Origin: Gemmatimonadota bacterium
Lineage (GTDB): Bacteria; Gemmatimonadota; Gemmatimonadetes; Gemmatimonadales; GWC2-71-9
NCBI GenBank assembly: GCA_003221005.1
Contig: QHTZ01000081.1
Coordinates: 1-64,000, forward strand
Length of the DNA: 64,000 bases
Reading direction: 5' to 3'
The notes under the pieces are model-generated. The model worked only from the letters and a program-made list of their open reading frames with translations. It was not told where the DNA came from and made no database searches. Made by a program: the position numbers and the translations under genes. Positions 20,033 through 34,401 of the stretch are shown piece by piece. Each line of letters starts with the position of its first letter. Position 1 is the first letter of the stretch.

Positions 20033-21525
20033 CGTCGTCCCGCCCCCCCCGCCCCCGCCCAGTGGAGCGCGGCGTCCACGGCGCGACGCCACTCCACTGC
20101 GCCGGCGCGCACAGCCGCAGCTCGCTCGCCGGGGACAAAGCGGCGGAACGTACGGCCGCTCAAGAATTGGTTCGGCCCCTGCCACACACCGGCGGCGAGA
20201 CCGGCCAGCGCCGCGGCGCCAAGCGCGGTCGTCTCGACCACGTCGGGCCGCGCCACCGGCACGCCGAGCAGGTCCGCCTGGAACTGCATCAGCCAGTCGT
20301 TCGCCGCGGCGCCCCCATCCACCTGGAGCGCTGCGAGCCGCAGGTCGGCGTCGCCGGTCATCGCGTCGAGCACCTCCTTGGTGCCGAACGCCATCGCTTC
20401 GAGCGCCGCCCGGACGAGATGCGCGCGCGTCGTGCCGCGCGTGAGTCCCACGATCGTACCGCGGGCGTTCGGCTCCCAGTGCGGCGCGCCGAGCCCTACG
20501 AAGGCGGGCACGAAGTACACGCCGCCCGTGTCGGGAACCTCGCGCGCCAGGTGCTCGGATTCGGACGCCTGGGTGATCAGCTTGAGCCCGTCGCGCAGCC
20601 ACTGGATCGCGGCCCCAGCGATGAAGACGCTGCCCTCGAGCGCGTACACCGGCTCGCCCCGCGGCCCGCACGCGATCGTCGTGAGCAACCCGTGCTGCGA
20701 CACGGCCCGGCGGTCGCCGGTGTTGAGGAGCAGGAAGGCGCCAGTGCCATACGTGTTCTTCGCCTGCCCTGGCTCCGTGCATCCCTGGCCGAATAGGGCC
20801 GCCTGCTGGTCGCCTGCGACGCCGCAGATCGGCAACTCGGCGCCCAGGTGCCGCGCCTCGCACGTCCCGAACATGCCGCTCGACGCGCGGACGTCCGGTA
20901 GCGCGGCCCGCGGCACCCCGAAGAGCCGCAACAGGTCTTCGTCCCACGTGCGTGCTTCGATGTTGTAGAGCATGGTACGCGAGGCGTTGGTGTGATCGGT
21001 CAGGTACGCCTTGCCGCCCGTCAGCCGGAACAACAGCCAGGTGTCCATCGTCCCGAACACCACTTCACCCGCGCGCACGCGGGCCGCGAGCCCCGGGACG
21101 TGCTGGAGCAGCCACTCGATCTTCGTCGCCGAGAAGTAGGGATCGAGCACCAGCCCGGTGCGCTCGCGGACCAGCTTCGCCTGACGGTCCCGGGCCAGCT
21201 CCTGGCAGCGCGGCGCCGTGCGGCGGTCCTGCCAGACGAGCGCCCGATGCACCGCCCGTCCGGTGTCGCGCTCCCAGGCGCAAACGGTCTCGCGCTGATT
21301 CGTGATGCCGAGGGCGGCCGGCACGACCTTCGCCTGCGCCAGCGCCTCCCGCGCGGCGGTGACGGTCGCTGCGAGGATCTCCTCCGCATCGTGCTCGACC
21401 TGCCCCGGCGCAGGGAAGTATTGCGGGATCTCGCGGTAGCCGCGCCCCAGCACCCGGCCGTCGGCTGCCACGACGAGCGCCGTCGAGCCGGTGGTTCCCT
21501 GATCGATGGCAAGGACGGCGGTCAT
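20029..21525 (-). CDS. glpK: Glycerol kinase
   Basis: IDQGTTGS, GITNQRET, WQDRRT, TNASRT, GDQQAALFGQ, KNTYGTG, DGGA. Confidence 0.96.
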   Translation of the reverse strand: MTAVLAIDQGTTGSTALVVAADGRVLGRGYREIPQYFPAPGQVEHDAEEILAATVTAAREALAQAKVVPAALGITNQRETVCAWERDTGRAVHRALVWQDRRTAPRCQELARDRQAKLVRERTGLVLDPYFSATKIEWLLQHVPGLAARVRAGEVVFGTMDTWLLFRLTGGKAYLTDHTNASRTMLYNIEARTWDEDLLRLFGVPRAALPDVRASSGMFGTCEARHLGAELPICGVAGDQQAALFGQGCTEPGQAKNTYGTGAFLLLNTGDRRAVSQHGLLTTIACGPRGEPVYALEGSVFIAGAAIQWLRDGLKLITQASESEHLAREVPDTGGVYFVPAFVGLGAPHWEPNARGTIVGLTRGTTRAHLVRAALEAMAFGTKEVLDAMTGDADLRLAALQVDGGAAANDWLMQFQADLLGVPVARPDVVETTALGAAALAGLAAGVWQGPNQFLSGRTFRRFVPGERAAAVRAGAVEWRRAVDAALHWAGAGGAGRR

Positions 21526-21537
21526 GTGTGCGAAGGT

Positions 21538-21633
21538 AATGCGGAATTCGGAATGTGGAATGCGGAATGTCAGTGGAGGGTCGAACGGTTCGAGAAGCCT
21601 CCCCTGCAGTTCCGCATTCCGCATTTCGCATTC
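21538..21633. repeat. Inverted 7-mer tandem-repeat pair (AATGCGG)n / (TTCCGCA)n in divergent intergenic region
   Basis: AATGCGG AATTCGG AATGTGG AATGCGG AATGT ... TTCCGCA TTCCGCA TTTCGCA TTC. Confidence 0.85.
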
Positions 21634-21651
21634 TCTACTTAGGATTGCTAC

Positions 21652-22434
21652 ATGCCCTACGACACCCTCCTGTTCGACGTCCGCGACGGGATCGCGTTCG
21701 TCACGATCAACCGCCCCGACAAGCTGAACGCGCTGAACGATCGGGTCATAGACGAGCTGGCCGCTGCTGCGGAGCGCATCGCCGTTGAGAGCGACATCAA
21801 GGGCGCCATCATCACGGGCGCCGGCCAGAAGGCGTTCGTGGCCGGAGCTGACATTGCGGAGCTCTCTCAACAGGGGCCCTTCGATGGGAAGGCCCGGGCC
21901 TTGCGAGGTCAGTCGGTGCTGCGGCGCCTCGAGACCTGCGGCAAGCCGGTCCTCGCCGCGGTGAACGGCTTCGCCCTGGGCGGCGGATGCGAGCTCGCCA
22001 TGGCGTGTCACCTGCGCGTCGCGAGCGAGAACGCGAAGTTTGGGCAGCCCGAGGTGAAGCTCGGGATCGCGCCGGGCTACGGCGGCACGCAGCGTCTCCC
22101 GCGGCTCGTGGGGAAAGGCATCGCGCTCCAGCTGATCCTCACGGGAGCGACGATCGACGCGCAGGAGGCCTATCGCATCGGTCTCGTGAACAAGGTGGTC
22201 CCCGCGGCCAGCCTCCTCGCCGAGACGGAGGCGCTGCTCAGGGGTATCCTGTCCATGGGGCCGCTCGCCGTGCGGCTGGCGTTGGAGGCAGTCGAGCGGG
22301 GGCTCGACATGTCGCTCGACGAGGGCCTGCTGCTCGAAGCCAACCACTTCGGTCTGCTCGCCGCCACGCGGGACATGAAGGAGGGCCTGACGGCGTTCCT
22401 TGCGAAGCGCACGCCCACGTTCGAGGGGCGGTGA
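21652..22434 (+). CDS. Enoyl-CoA hydratase (crotonase)
   Basis: NRPDKLNALN, AFVAGADI, GGGCELA, FGQPEVKLG, GGTQRLPR. Confidence 0.93.
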   Translation: MPYDTLLFDVRDGIAFVTINRPDKLNALNDRVIDELAAAAERIAVESDIKGAIITGAGQKAFVAGADIAELSQQGPFDGKARALRGQSVLRRLETCGKPVLAAVNGFALGGGCELAMACHLRVASENAKFGQPEVKLGIAPGYGGTQRLPRLVGKGIALQLILTGATIDAQEAYRIGLVNKVVPAASLLAETEALLRGILSMGPLAVRLALEAVERGLDMSLDEGLLLEANHFGLLAATRDMKEGLTAFLAKRTPTFEGR

Positions 22435-22805
22435 AGGCGGCCGCACTACCGCTCCTCGTGACGGGGGGCGCGCTGCTGCTCGCCGGCTGCCTCAGCGAGC
22501 GACCCCGCCCTGCACCGCCGCAACTCGCGATCGTCCTGTCGAAGAAGACGGTCCACTCCCCCGACACGCTCCGAGGAACGATGCACGCCGAAGACCCCGA
22601 CGGTATCGACTCGGTGTGGCTCGCGGTCGGCGCTGGTCCTCCGCTGGCCCTAAACGGGCTGCTGGAGACGGCCTTCGACGCGCCGTTTGTCTTCCTGGTA
22701 GCGCGGGGATACCCGCCGGGCGACCGCCTCCCGGTGAAGTTGAGCGCCCGGGACGTCGCGGGATTCAGGGGCGAGTTGGACACCATAGTCACGGTCACCC
22801 CGTAG
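22431..22805 (+). CDS. Putative lipoprotein
   Basis: GTG overlapping crotonase stop; LLLAGC lipobox. Confidence 0.65.
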   Translation: MKAAALPLLVTGGALLLAGCLSERPRPAPPQLAIVLSKKTVHSPDTLRGTMHAEDPDGIDSVWLAVGAGPPLALNGLLETAFDAPFVFLVARGYPPGDRLPVKLSARDVAGFRGELDTIVTVTP

Positions 22806-22812
22806 CCGCAAC

Positions 22813-22854
22813 GACTTAGTAAGTCTTGACCTGACAATGACTTCTGTGTATTTT
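22813..22854 (+). promoter_or_regulatory. Putative sigma70 promoter for dciA-gyrB with adjacent palindrome
   Basis: GACTTA-G-TAAGTC (22813-22825) abutting TTGACC-17 nt-TATTTT. Confidence 0.5.
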
Positions 22855-22937
22855 GGGGGGGTTGTCTGGAGGGCTCTCGCGGCCTCGCCGCGGCGCGCCA
22901 CGGGACGTCCCGTGGCGCTTTTCGTAGGGGGTCCGCT

Positions 22938-23249
22938 GTGACCGAACGCCGACGCAACAAGCCGACGGCCGTCGGCGAAGTGCTGGAGGGTTACCTCGCC
23001 CGCTCCGGACTCGCGCCACGCCTCAAGCAGGCGCAGGTGGTCCCCCAATGGCCGCGGCTGGTGGGGCCGCAGATCGCGGCGGTCACCCAGCCCGAAAGCG
23101 TAGCCCCCGACGGCACCCTGTTCGTCCGCGTGGCGACGAGCGCCTGGATGAACGAGCTGCAGCTCATGACGCCCGAGATCATGGCCCGGGTCAACGCCGG
23201 CCGCGGAGCGGGCCGCATCCGTACGATCCGTTGGCTTCTCACGCGCTAG
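22938..23249 (+). CDS. DUF721 / DciA family protein
   Basis: QWPRLVGPQIA, GTLFVRVATSAWMNELQL; directly upstream of gyrB. Confidence 0.85.
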   Translation: MTERRRNKPTAVGEVLEGYLARSGLAPRLKQAQVVPQWPRLVGPQIAAVTQPESVAPDGTLFVRVATSAWMNELQLMTPEIMARVNAGRGAGRIRTIRWLLTR

Positions 23250-25420
<2,171 letters not shown>

Positions 25421-25601
25421 CCGCGGGTGATCCGGCTCACGCGCTCCCCCTGCCATCCCCCTCTTGACGCTGGAATCGCCAGTTATAACAGTAGGTAGTA
25501 AGAATCCGTCGGCAATTCGTTCTCCGAAGCACGTTAGGCCCCGTTGCGCCCGCGAACCGGCCAACGGGGCCGTTTATGTGCCCCTGAGCGAAGCGAGGCG
25601 C

Positions 25602-27443
25602 ATGGAGCCGCGGGCGGTAATCGACAGCCTCGACGTGGGAGTGGCGGCGATCGCACCCGATTGGACGATCGTCGAATGGAGCGCGCCCGCCACCCGGATC
25701 ACCGGACTGCGCGCCGACCAGGTGCTGGGGCGCAACTTCTGGACCGCCTTCCCCGGTGCCCGGGGGTCGAACGTCGAGCGCACGCTGCACGAAGTGCTGC
25801 TCGACGGCGAGCCCCGTACATACCTCACCTCGGCGCCCGTTCCCGAGCTCGCGAGTCGCGTCCTCGAGACCCGGGTGACGCGGGGTCCGCGGAACCACTT
25901 GGTGCTGCTGCTGCGGCATCTGCGCGACGAGCCGTCCGTGGACTCGCGCACAGGCCAGCTGCTCGCCGCTACCGAAGTGGAGCGCCGGCTGTATGCCCAG
26001 CTGTTCAGCGCCGTGCCGATCCCCGCCCTCATCGTGACCGCGGACGCTCAGATCCTCGACGCGAATCCGGCGGGTGGCGAGCTGTTGGGCGTGGCGGACA
26101 CCCGGGCCCTGCGCGGGCGCTCGCTGGCCGACTGGGCGCCCCCGACCCAGCGCGCGGCGCTCGCCGGCGTGCTGCGCGACGCCATCACCAAGGCACAACG
26201 CGCGCGCTTGACAATCGAAGTGGGCGGGGAATCGCCCCGCGAAGTGGAGGCAGTGATCGAGAACCTGGAAGGCCGCGACAGCGACGCCAAGCTGCTGCTC
26301 CTGGCCGTCGACGTGTCGCGCGAGGTGCTGCTGCAGCGCAAGCTGCTGCAGTCGGACCGCCTGTCCCAGCTGGGGGCGCTCGTCTCGGGCGTGGCGCACG
26401 AGTTGAACAACCCGCTCGCCGCGATCGCCGCCTTCGCCGAGGTGCTCAAGGTCGACGCGGCCACGGCCGATCAGCGCGAGAGTGCCGACGTCATCCACTT
26501 GGAGGCGATGCGCGCGGGGCGCGTGGTCCAGACGCTGCTCGACTTCGCGCGGCAGCGGCCGCGCGTGCGCCAGCCCGTGGACCTGAAGGACGTGGCCGAC
26601 CGGGTGATCGCATTGCACAAGAGCGCGCTGCGCAAGGCTCGCGTGCAGGCGGTCGTCGTGATCGACGACAGCACGCCGGCGGTCATCGGTGACCCCCAGG
26701 AGCTCCAACAGGTGCTCCTCAATGCCGTGGTGAACGCGGAGCAAGCGATCGCCGCGCAGGGGCGCCCGGGCAAAGTGTTCATCACGGCCCGCCGCATGGA
26801 GGACCACGTGGTCCTGCTGGTCGAGGACACGGGCCCGGGAATCCCGCCGGAGATCCTGGACCGCGTGTTCGAGCCGTTCTTTACGACCAAAGGCGACGCC
26901 GGGACGGGCCTCGGCTTGGCCATCAGCTACGGGTTGGTCAAGGCGAGCGGCGGCCGCATGTATATCCACAACCTCGAAGGGGGCGGCGTGCGCCTCGGCA
27001 TCGAGCTGCCCATCGATCCGGCGCAGGCCGCGCCCGCCACGGCCGGCGGGTTCAAGCGCGCCGAGCGGCCGCTGTCGGTGCTGGTGGTGGACGACGAGGA
27101 AAGCGTGCGCCGCGGGCTGATCCGCATGGCGGAACGGCTGGGCCACCGCGTGGCGAGCGCGCCGAGCTTCGCGGAAGCGATCCTCCAGCTGAAGGCCGCG
27201 GACGCGCGGTTTGACGCGCTGCTCCTCGACGTGCACCTGGACGAGGCGAACACCGGATTCGACCTGTTCGATACCCTGCGCCAGGAGGGACGCGGCCGCG
27301 AGCGCCACGTGATCTTCACCACCGGCGACTCGATGTCGGTCAAGACGCGCGACCTGCTCCAGCAGGCGGAGCGGCCGCTGCTCAAGAAGCCGTTCAACCT
27401 CGAGGAGCTGCGCGAGGTTTTGGACCGGGTCGCGGGCGAGTGA
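25602..27443 (+). CDS. PAS-PAS hybrid sensor histidine kinase/response regulator
   Basis: Two PAS-like segments, HELNNPL H-box, N/G1/F/G2 boxes, receiver with VVDDE, D, T, KP; start uncertain. Confidence 0.9.
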   Translation: MEPRAVIDSLDVGVAAIAPDWTIVEWSAPATRITGLRADQVLGRNFWTAFPGARGSNVERTLHEVLLDGEPRTYLTSAPVPELASRVLETRVTRGPRNHLVLLLRHLRDEPSVDSRTGQLLAATEVERRLYAQLFSAVPIPALIVTADAQILDANPAGGELLGVADTRALRGRSLADWAPPTQRAALAGVLRDAITKAQRARLTIEVGGESPREVEAVIENLEGRDSDAKLLLLAVDVSREVLLQRKLLQSDRLSQLGALVSGVAHELNNPLAAIAAFAEVLKVDAATADQRESADVIHLEAMRAGRVVQTLLDFARQRPRVRQPVDLKDVADRVIALHKSALRKARVQAVVVIDDSTPAVIGDPQELQQVLLNAVVNAEQAIAAQGRPGKVFITARRMEDHVVLLVEDTGPGIPPEILDRVFEPFFTTKGDAGTGLGLAISYGLVKASGGRMYIHNLEGGGVRLGIELPIDPAQAAPATAGGFKRAERPLSVLVVDDEESVRRGLIRMAERLGHRVASAPSFAEAILQLKAADARFDALLLDVHLDEANTGFDLFDTLRQEGRGRERHVIFTTGDSMSVKTRDLLQQAERPLLKKPFNLEELREVLDRVAGE

Positions 27444-28767
27444 GGTCCTCGACGCCGCTCTTGGTCACGCGGTGGGAGACGAGGGGCAGCGGCGGTTCGG
27501 CGAGGCGGTCCACGATCACGATCGCGCGCCCGAGCGCCTCGTACGCCAGCTCGACACCGCTCGCATCCCGCGCGTAGACCGAGGCGATCGGCTCTCCCGC
27601 CAGCACCTTGTCGCCGGGCTTCGCCGAGATGACGAATCCGACCGTCGGATCCACAGCATCCTCCACCTTGAGGCGGCCACCCCCCATCGCGACGACCGCC
27701 CTCCCGATCGTCCGCGGCTCGATCCGTGCGATGACGCCCGTGGCGGCGGCGGCATAGACCTCCACTGCCTGGGCCTGGGGGAGCACGGCAGGGTCCTCCA
27801 CGACCCGCGGATTCCCCCCCTGGGCTTCGATCAGCTGCTCGAACTTTTCGGCGGCGAGCCCGGAGCCGAGCGCGCCCTCGAGCTTCTTGCGCGCCTTGGA
27901 GGTGGTGCGCTCGACTCCGGCCGCGAGGAGCATCTCCACGCCCAGCGCGTAGGTCACCTCCATGAGGTCGGGCGGTCCCTCGCCCCGCAGAGCAAGAATC
28001 GCTTCCTCGGTCTCGAGCGCGTTGCCGCAGGCGCGCCCCAGAGGCCGGTCCATCGCGGTGAGCAGCGCTACCGTCGGGCACCCCCGGTCCTCACCGAGGG
28101 CGATCATGGTGCGCGCGAGCTCGAGGCCGTCCTTCAGGTCGGGCAGAAAGGCACCGCTGCCGTGCTTCACGTCGAGCACCAGCGCGGTCAGCCCCTCAGC
28201 GAGTTTCTTCGACATGATGCTCGCCGCGATGAGGGGAATCGCTTCCACGGTGCCCGTCACGTCGCGCAGGGCGTAGAGCCGCCGGTCGGCCGGCGCGATC
28301 TCCGGGGTCTGGCCGATCATCGCGCACCCGAGCCGCTGCACCTGCTGCTTCGTCTCCGCGAGGGAGAGCACGGTGCGGAACCCGGGTATCGCTTCGAGCT
28401 TGTCGAGGGTACCACCCGTGTGGCCCAGGCCCCGGCCCGACATCATCGGCACCGCGACGCCGCACGCGGCGACGAGCGGCGCGAGCACGAGCGAAACCTT
28501 GTCGCCCACACCGCCCGTCGAATGCTTGTCGACGCGCGGCGTCGCCCAGTCGTCGAAGCTCAGTCGCTGGCCGGAGGCGAGCATGGCATCGGTGAGGGCG
28601 GCGAGCTCCTGGCGCTCGAGGCCGCGGAACACCACCGCCATCAGGAGCGCCGCCATCTGATAGTCGGGGACTCCGCCCTCGGTGTAGGCGGCGATGAGCG
28701 CCGACCACTCCTCCGGCGTGAGGGAGCCGCCGTCCCGCTTGCGCTCGATCATGGGCACGACCAACAT
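27394..28767 (-). CDS. pdp: Thymidine / pyrimidine-nucleoside phosphorylase
   Basis: DKHSTGGVGDK, SGRGLGHTGGTLDKLE, LYALRDVT, SIMSKK, LDVK.GSGAF. Confidence 0.95.
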   Translation of the reverse strand: MLVVPMIERKRDGGSLTPEEWSALIAAYTEGGVPDYQMAALLMAVVFRGLERQELAALTDAMLASGQRLSFDDWATPRVDKHSTGGVGDKVSLVLAPLVAACGVAVPMMSGRGLGHTGGTLDKLEAIPGFRTVLSLAETKQQVQRLGCAMIGQTPEIAPADRRLYALRDVTGTVEAIPLIAASIMSKKLAEGLTALVLDVKHGSGAFLPDLKDGLELARTMIALGEDRGCPTVALLTAMDRPLGRACGNALETEEAILALRGEGPPDLMEVTYALGVEMLLAAGVERTTSKARKKLEGALGSGLAAEKFEQLIEAQGGNPRVVEDPAVLPQAQAVEVYAAAATGVIARIEPRTIGRAVVAMGGGRLKVEDAVDPTVGFVISAKPGDKVLAGEPIASVYARDASGVELAYEALGRAIVIVDRLAEPPLPLVSHRVTKSGVEDLTRPRPGPKPRAAPRG

Positions 28768-28797
28768 TACGAGCCCGCTCCCAGGTGGAGTTTAGAA

Positions 28798-29595
28798 ATG
28801 CGCGGCATGACGGCTCTGCTGATCCCCTTCCTCGCGGTGCGCCTGGTGGCGGCGCAGACCCAGTCCGTCGCTTCCGAGATTGCGCGGGGCGACAGCTTCC
28901 ACGTGGCCCTCCAACCCGACAAAGCGCTGGTCCACTACCGCGCCGCCCTGGCCCTCGACTCCGCCAACTACGGGGCCCTGTGGAAGGCGTCGCGCGCCAC
29001 CGTGGACGTCGCGAAGCAGCTCGAAGGCGACGCGAGCGCGCTCAAGCGGCGGCGCGACAGCCTGTACGTGCAGGCGCGGGCCCTCGCGGAAGCGGCGGTG
29101 CGCGCGAACCCCAACGGCGCGCAGGGGCACTCGATGATCGCCCAGTCCCTCGGGCGACTGTCGCGCACCCGCGGCGGCAAAGAGCGGGTCCGCTTCGCGA
29201 AGATGATCTACGACGAAGCCCAGCGCGCGATCGCGCTCGATTCCACGGACGACCTGGCCTACCACGTGCTCGGCGCCTGGCACGCCGAGGTGAAGCGACT
29301 GTCGGGCCTGCAGCGGTTCTTCGCCAAGACGCTCTTCGGGGCAGGCTTCATGGACATCGCGAACTGGAACGACGCGCAACGCTACCTCCAGCACGCGGTC
29401 GCGCTCAACCCCCGGCACATATTCCATCGCCTCGAGCTCGCCGAGATCTACGTGGACGTCGGCAAATACTCGCTGGCGCGGGAGCAGCTGCGGGCGCTTC
29501 ACGACCTCCCCATCGCGGACGTCCTCGATCACGAGTACAAGACCCGAGCGGCGACGCTGCTCGACGACATCAAGAACGAGAAAGACGAAACCTAG
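28798..29595 (+). CDS. Secreted TPR protein (RMDN/RMD1-like)
   Basis: Signal peptide; LWKASRA..., YHVLGAWHAEV..LS..QRFFAKTLFG. Confidence 0.7.
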   Translation: MRGMTALLIPFLAVRLVAAQTQSVASEIARGDSFHVALQPDKALVHYRAALALDSANYGALWKASRATVDVAKQLEGDASALKRRRDSLYVQARALAEAAVRANPNGAQGHSMIAQSLGRLSRTRGGKERVRFAKMIYDEAQRAIALDSTDDLAYHVLGAWHAEVKRLSGLQRFFAKTLFGAGFMDIANWNDAQRYLQHAVALNPRHIFHRLELAEIYVDVGKYSLAREQLRALHDLPIADVLDHEYKTRAATLLDDIKNEKDET

Positions 29596-30965
29596 GGCGG
29601 GCGGGGCTCTCCCGCCGCCAGCCGCTCGATCGCCTCGGTCGTGCGCGGCGCCCTCCCGGACAGCCATTCCCCGCCCCCCGGCGTGACCAGCACGTCGTCC
29701 TCGATGCGCACCCCGAGGCTCTCCGCTGGCAGATAGATCCCCGGCTCCAGCGTGAGCACCGTCCCCGGCGCGAGCGGCGTACGGTAGTCCCCCGGGTCGT
29801 GCACGTTCATGCCCAGCCAGTGGCTCACCGCGTGGATCATGGTTTGGTCGCACATCTGCCGGCCGCACAGCTTCCCCGAATGGGCGCGCATGTACGCGCG
29901 GGCGATCCGGTCCAGGTCGCTCACCAGCACGCCCGGGCGCACCGAGTCGAACGTGGCGCGCTGCGTCGCGAGCACGAGGTCGTAGATCGCCTTCTGCCGC
30001 GGCGTGAACCGGCCGCTCACCGGGAAGGTGCGGGTGACGTCGGCCGTGTACTGGCCCCACTCCGCGCCCGCGTCGATCACCACGAGCTCGCCGTCCTTGA
30101 CCTGACGCCGGTTGGCGTCGTAGTGCAGGATCGCGGCGTTGGGGCCGCTGCCCACGAACGAGGGATAGCCGACCCGATCCGCGCCTTGCGCCCGGAAGGT
30201 CCCTTCGACCACCGCTTCGAGCTGATACTCCCACATCCCCGGGCGGACCGCCTGGATCGCGGCGATGTGCCCCAAGACGGTGATGCCGATGGCGGTACGC
30301 ATGCGACGCAGCTCGTCTGCGTCCTTGATCAACCGCAGCGAGTCGACGAGCGGGCCGGCGTCGTGGATCGCCTGTCCGGGGAGCGCGAGCTCCACGGCGC
30401 GCCGCGCGTCTGCTGGCGCGTCCGCGAGCGGCACGTACACGTCCCCCGCGACGCGGCTCCTGGCCACGCCGAGGTACGCGGCCAGCGAATCGACGGGGAC
30501 GACGCGGGGGACACCGGACAGCCGCGCGACGGCATCAGGCCCGAGCTGGATCCCGGTCCACCGCTCCTCGACGGTGTCACGTCTCGGCAGGAACAGGGTG
30601 GCGGGGGCCGAGTCCGGCGCGACCGCGAGCAGCAGCCACGCGTCTCTCGCCTCGAGCTCCGTGAAATAGAAGAAGGTGTCCGACTGCCGGAAGTCGTTGT
30701 CCTGGGCATGGTCGCGTTCCAGCGAGCGCTCGTGCGCGGCGGGGATGAGCACGAGCCCGCGGCCGATGCGCCGCGCCAGCGCGCGCCGCCGCGCGGCGAC
30801 GGCGGCGGTGTCGACGGGACGGCCCATGCCGGGGAGCTCGGGGACCGCCGTCCAGCGCCCGAGCGGCGCTGCCGGGACGGCGAGTGGGACGACGGCCTGA
30901 GCGGGACTCACCTGCGCGGCGAGCGCGCCGGCGCAACCGAGCAGCACGAGCGTGCCGTAACGCAT
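29592..30965 (-). CDS. Xaa-Pro aminopeptidase (M24B), secreted
   Basis: FRQ..FFYFT, ILHY, IDAG, ADVTRT, HWLGMNVHD, EPGIY, RIEDD. Confidence 0.92.
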   Translation of the reverse strand: MRYGTLVLLGCAGALAAQVSPAQAVVPLAVPAAPLGRWTAVPELPGMGRPVDTAAVAARRRALARRIGRGLVLIPAAHERSLERDHAQDNDFRQSDTFFYFTELEARDAWLLLAVAPDSAPATLFLPRRDTVEERWTGIQLGPDAVARLSGVPRVVPVDSLAAYLGVARSRVAGDVYVPLADAPADARRAVELALPGQAIHDAGPLVDSLRLIKDADELRRMRTAIGITVLGHIAAIQAVRPGMWEYQLEAVVEGTFRAQGADRVGYPSFVGSGPNAAILHYDANRRQVKDGELVVIDAGAEWGQYTADVTRTFPVSGRFTPRQKAIYDLVLATQRATFDSVRPGVLVSDLDRIARAYMRAHSGKLCGRQMCDQTMIHAVSHWLGMNVHDPGDYRTPLAPGTVLTLEPGIYLPAESLGVRIEDDVLVTPGGGEWLSGRAPRTTEAIERLAAGEPRPP

Positions 30966-31041
30966 CGCGTCCGAAGCTACTCCGCCTCGGGGAACGCGGC
31001 AACGGCTTGACGGGTCGTCCGATGCGAGCGCAAACTACGCC

Positions 31042-33830
<2,789 letters not shown>

Positions 33831-33843
33831 GTTGGCGTCCGAT

Positions 33844-34401
33844 ATGACCGCCCACTTCGGCGCCGCGACCGACGGCCTGACGATCGGTCGCGGCGCGCTG
33901 CGACAGCTGCACGAGAGCCTACTCCGCGACGCCGCCGACCACGCCGTCAACATCCTCCAGGAAGCAGGCTTCGCAGCCGGCGCAGGCGTCTACCAGGCGT
34001 TCCGCACCTGGCTCCCCGGGGAGACGGGCGTGGCCGAACCACAGGACCTGGAAGCTGCCCGGCTAAACGACGTCCTCTCGGCCTTCTTCCAGGCGATCGG
34101 GTGGGGCTCGGTGAGGGTGGGTCCCCTGGGCGCGGCCGCGCTGGCGATCGACTCGAGCGATTGGGCGGAAGCGGAGCCCGGTACGGCGGAGACGCCGATG
34201 TGCTTCTTCTCGTCCGGGATGTTCGCCGACTTCCTCGGCCGTCTCTCGGGAGAGACGGTCGCCGTGATGGAAGTGGAGTGCCGCAGCCGGCACGACCCCC
34301 GCTGCCGCTTCCTCTCGGGAGCACCGGACACCCTCAACGTGGTCTACGACCAGATGACCCAGGGAAGGAGCTACGTCGAGGCGCTGGGAGGAGGGACGTA
34401 A
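33844..34401 (+). CDS. V4R domain protein
   Basis: GWG, MCFFSSGMF, EVECRS...CRF. Confidence 0.82.
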   Translation: MTAHFGAATDGLTIGRGALRQLHESLLRDAADHAVNILQEAGFAAGAGVYQAFRTWLPGETGVAEPQDLEAARLNDVLSAFFQAIGWGSVRVGPLGAAALAIDSSDWAEAEPGTAETPMCFFSSGMFADFLGRLSGETVAVMEVECRSRHDPRCRFLSGAPDTLNVVYDQMTQGRSYVEALGGGT

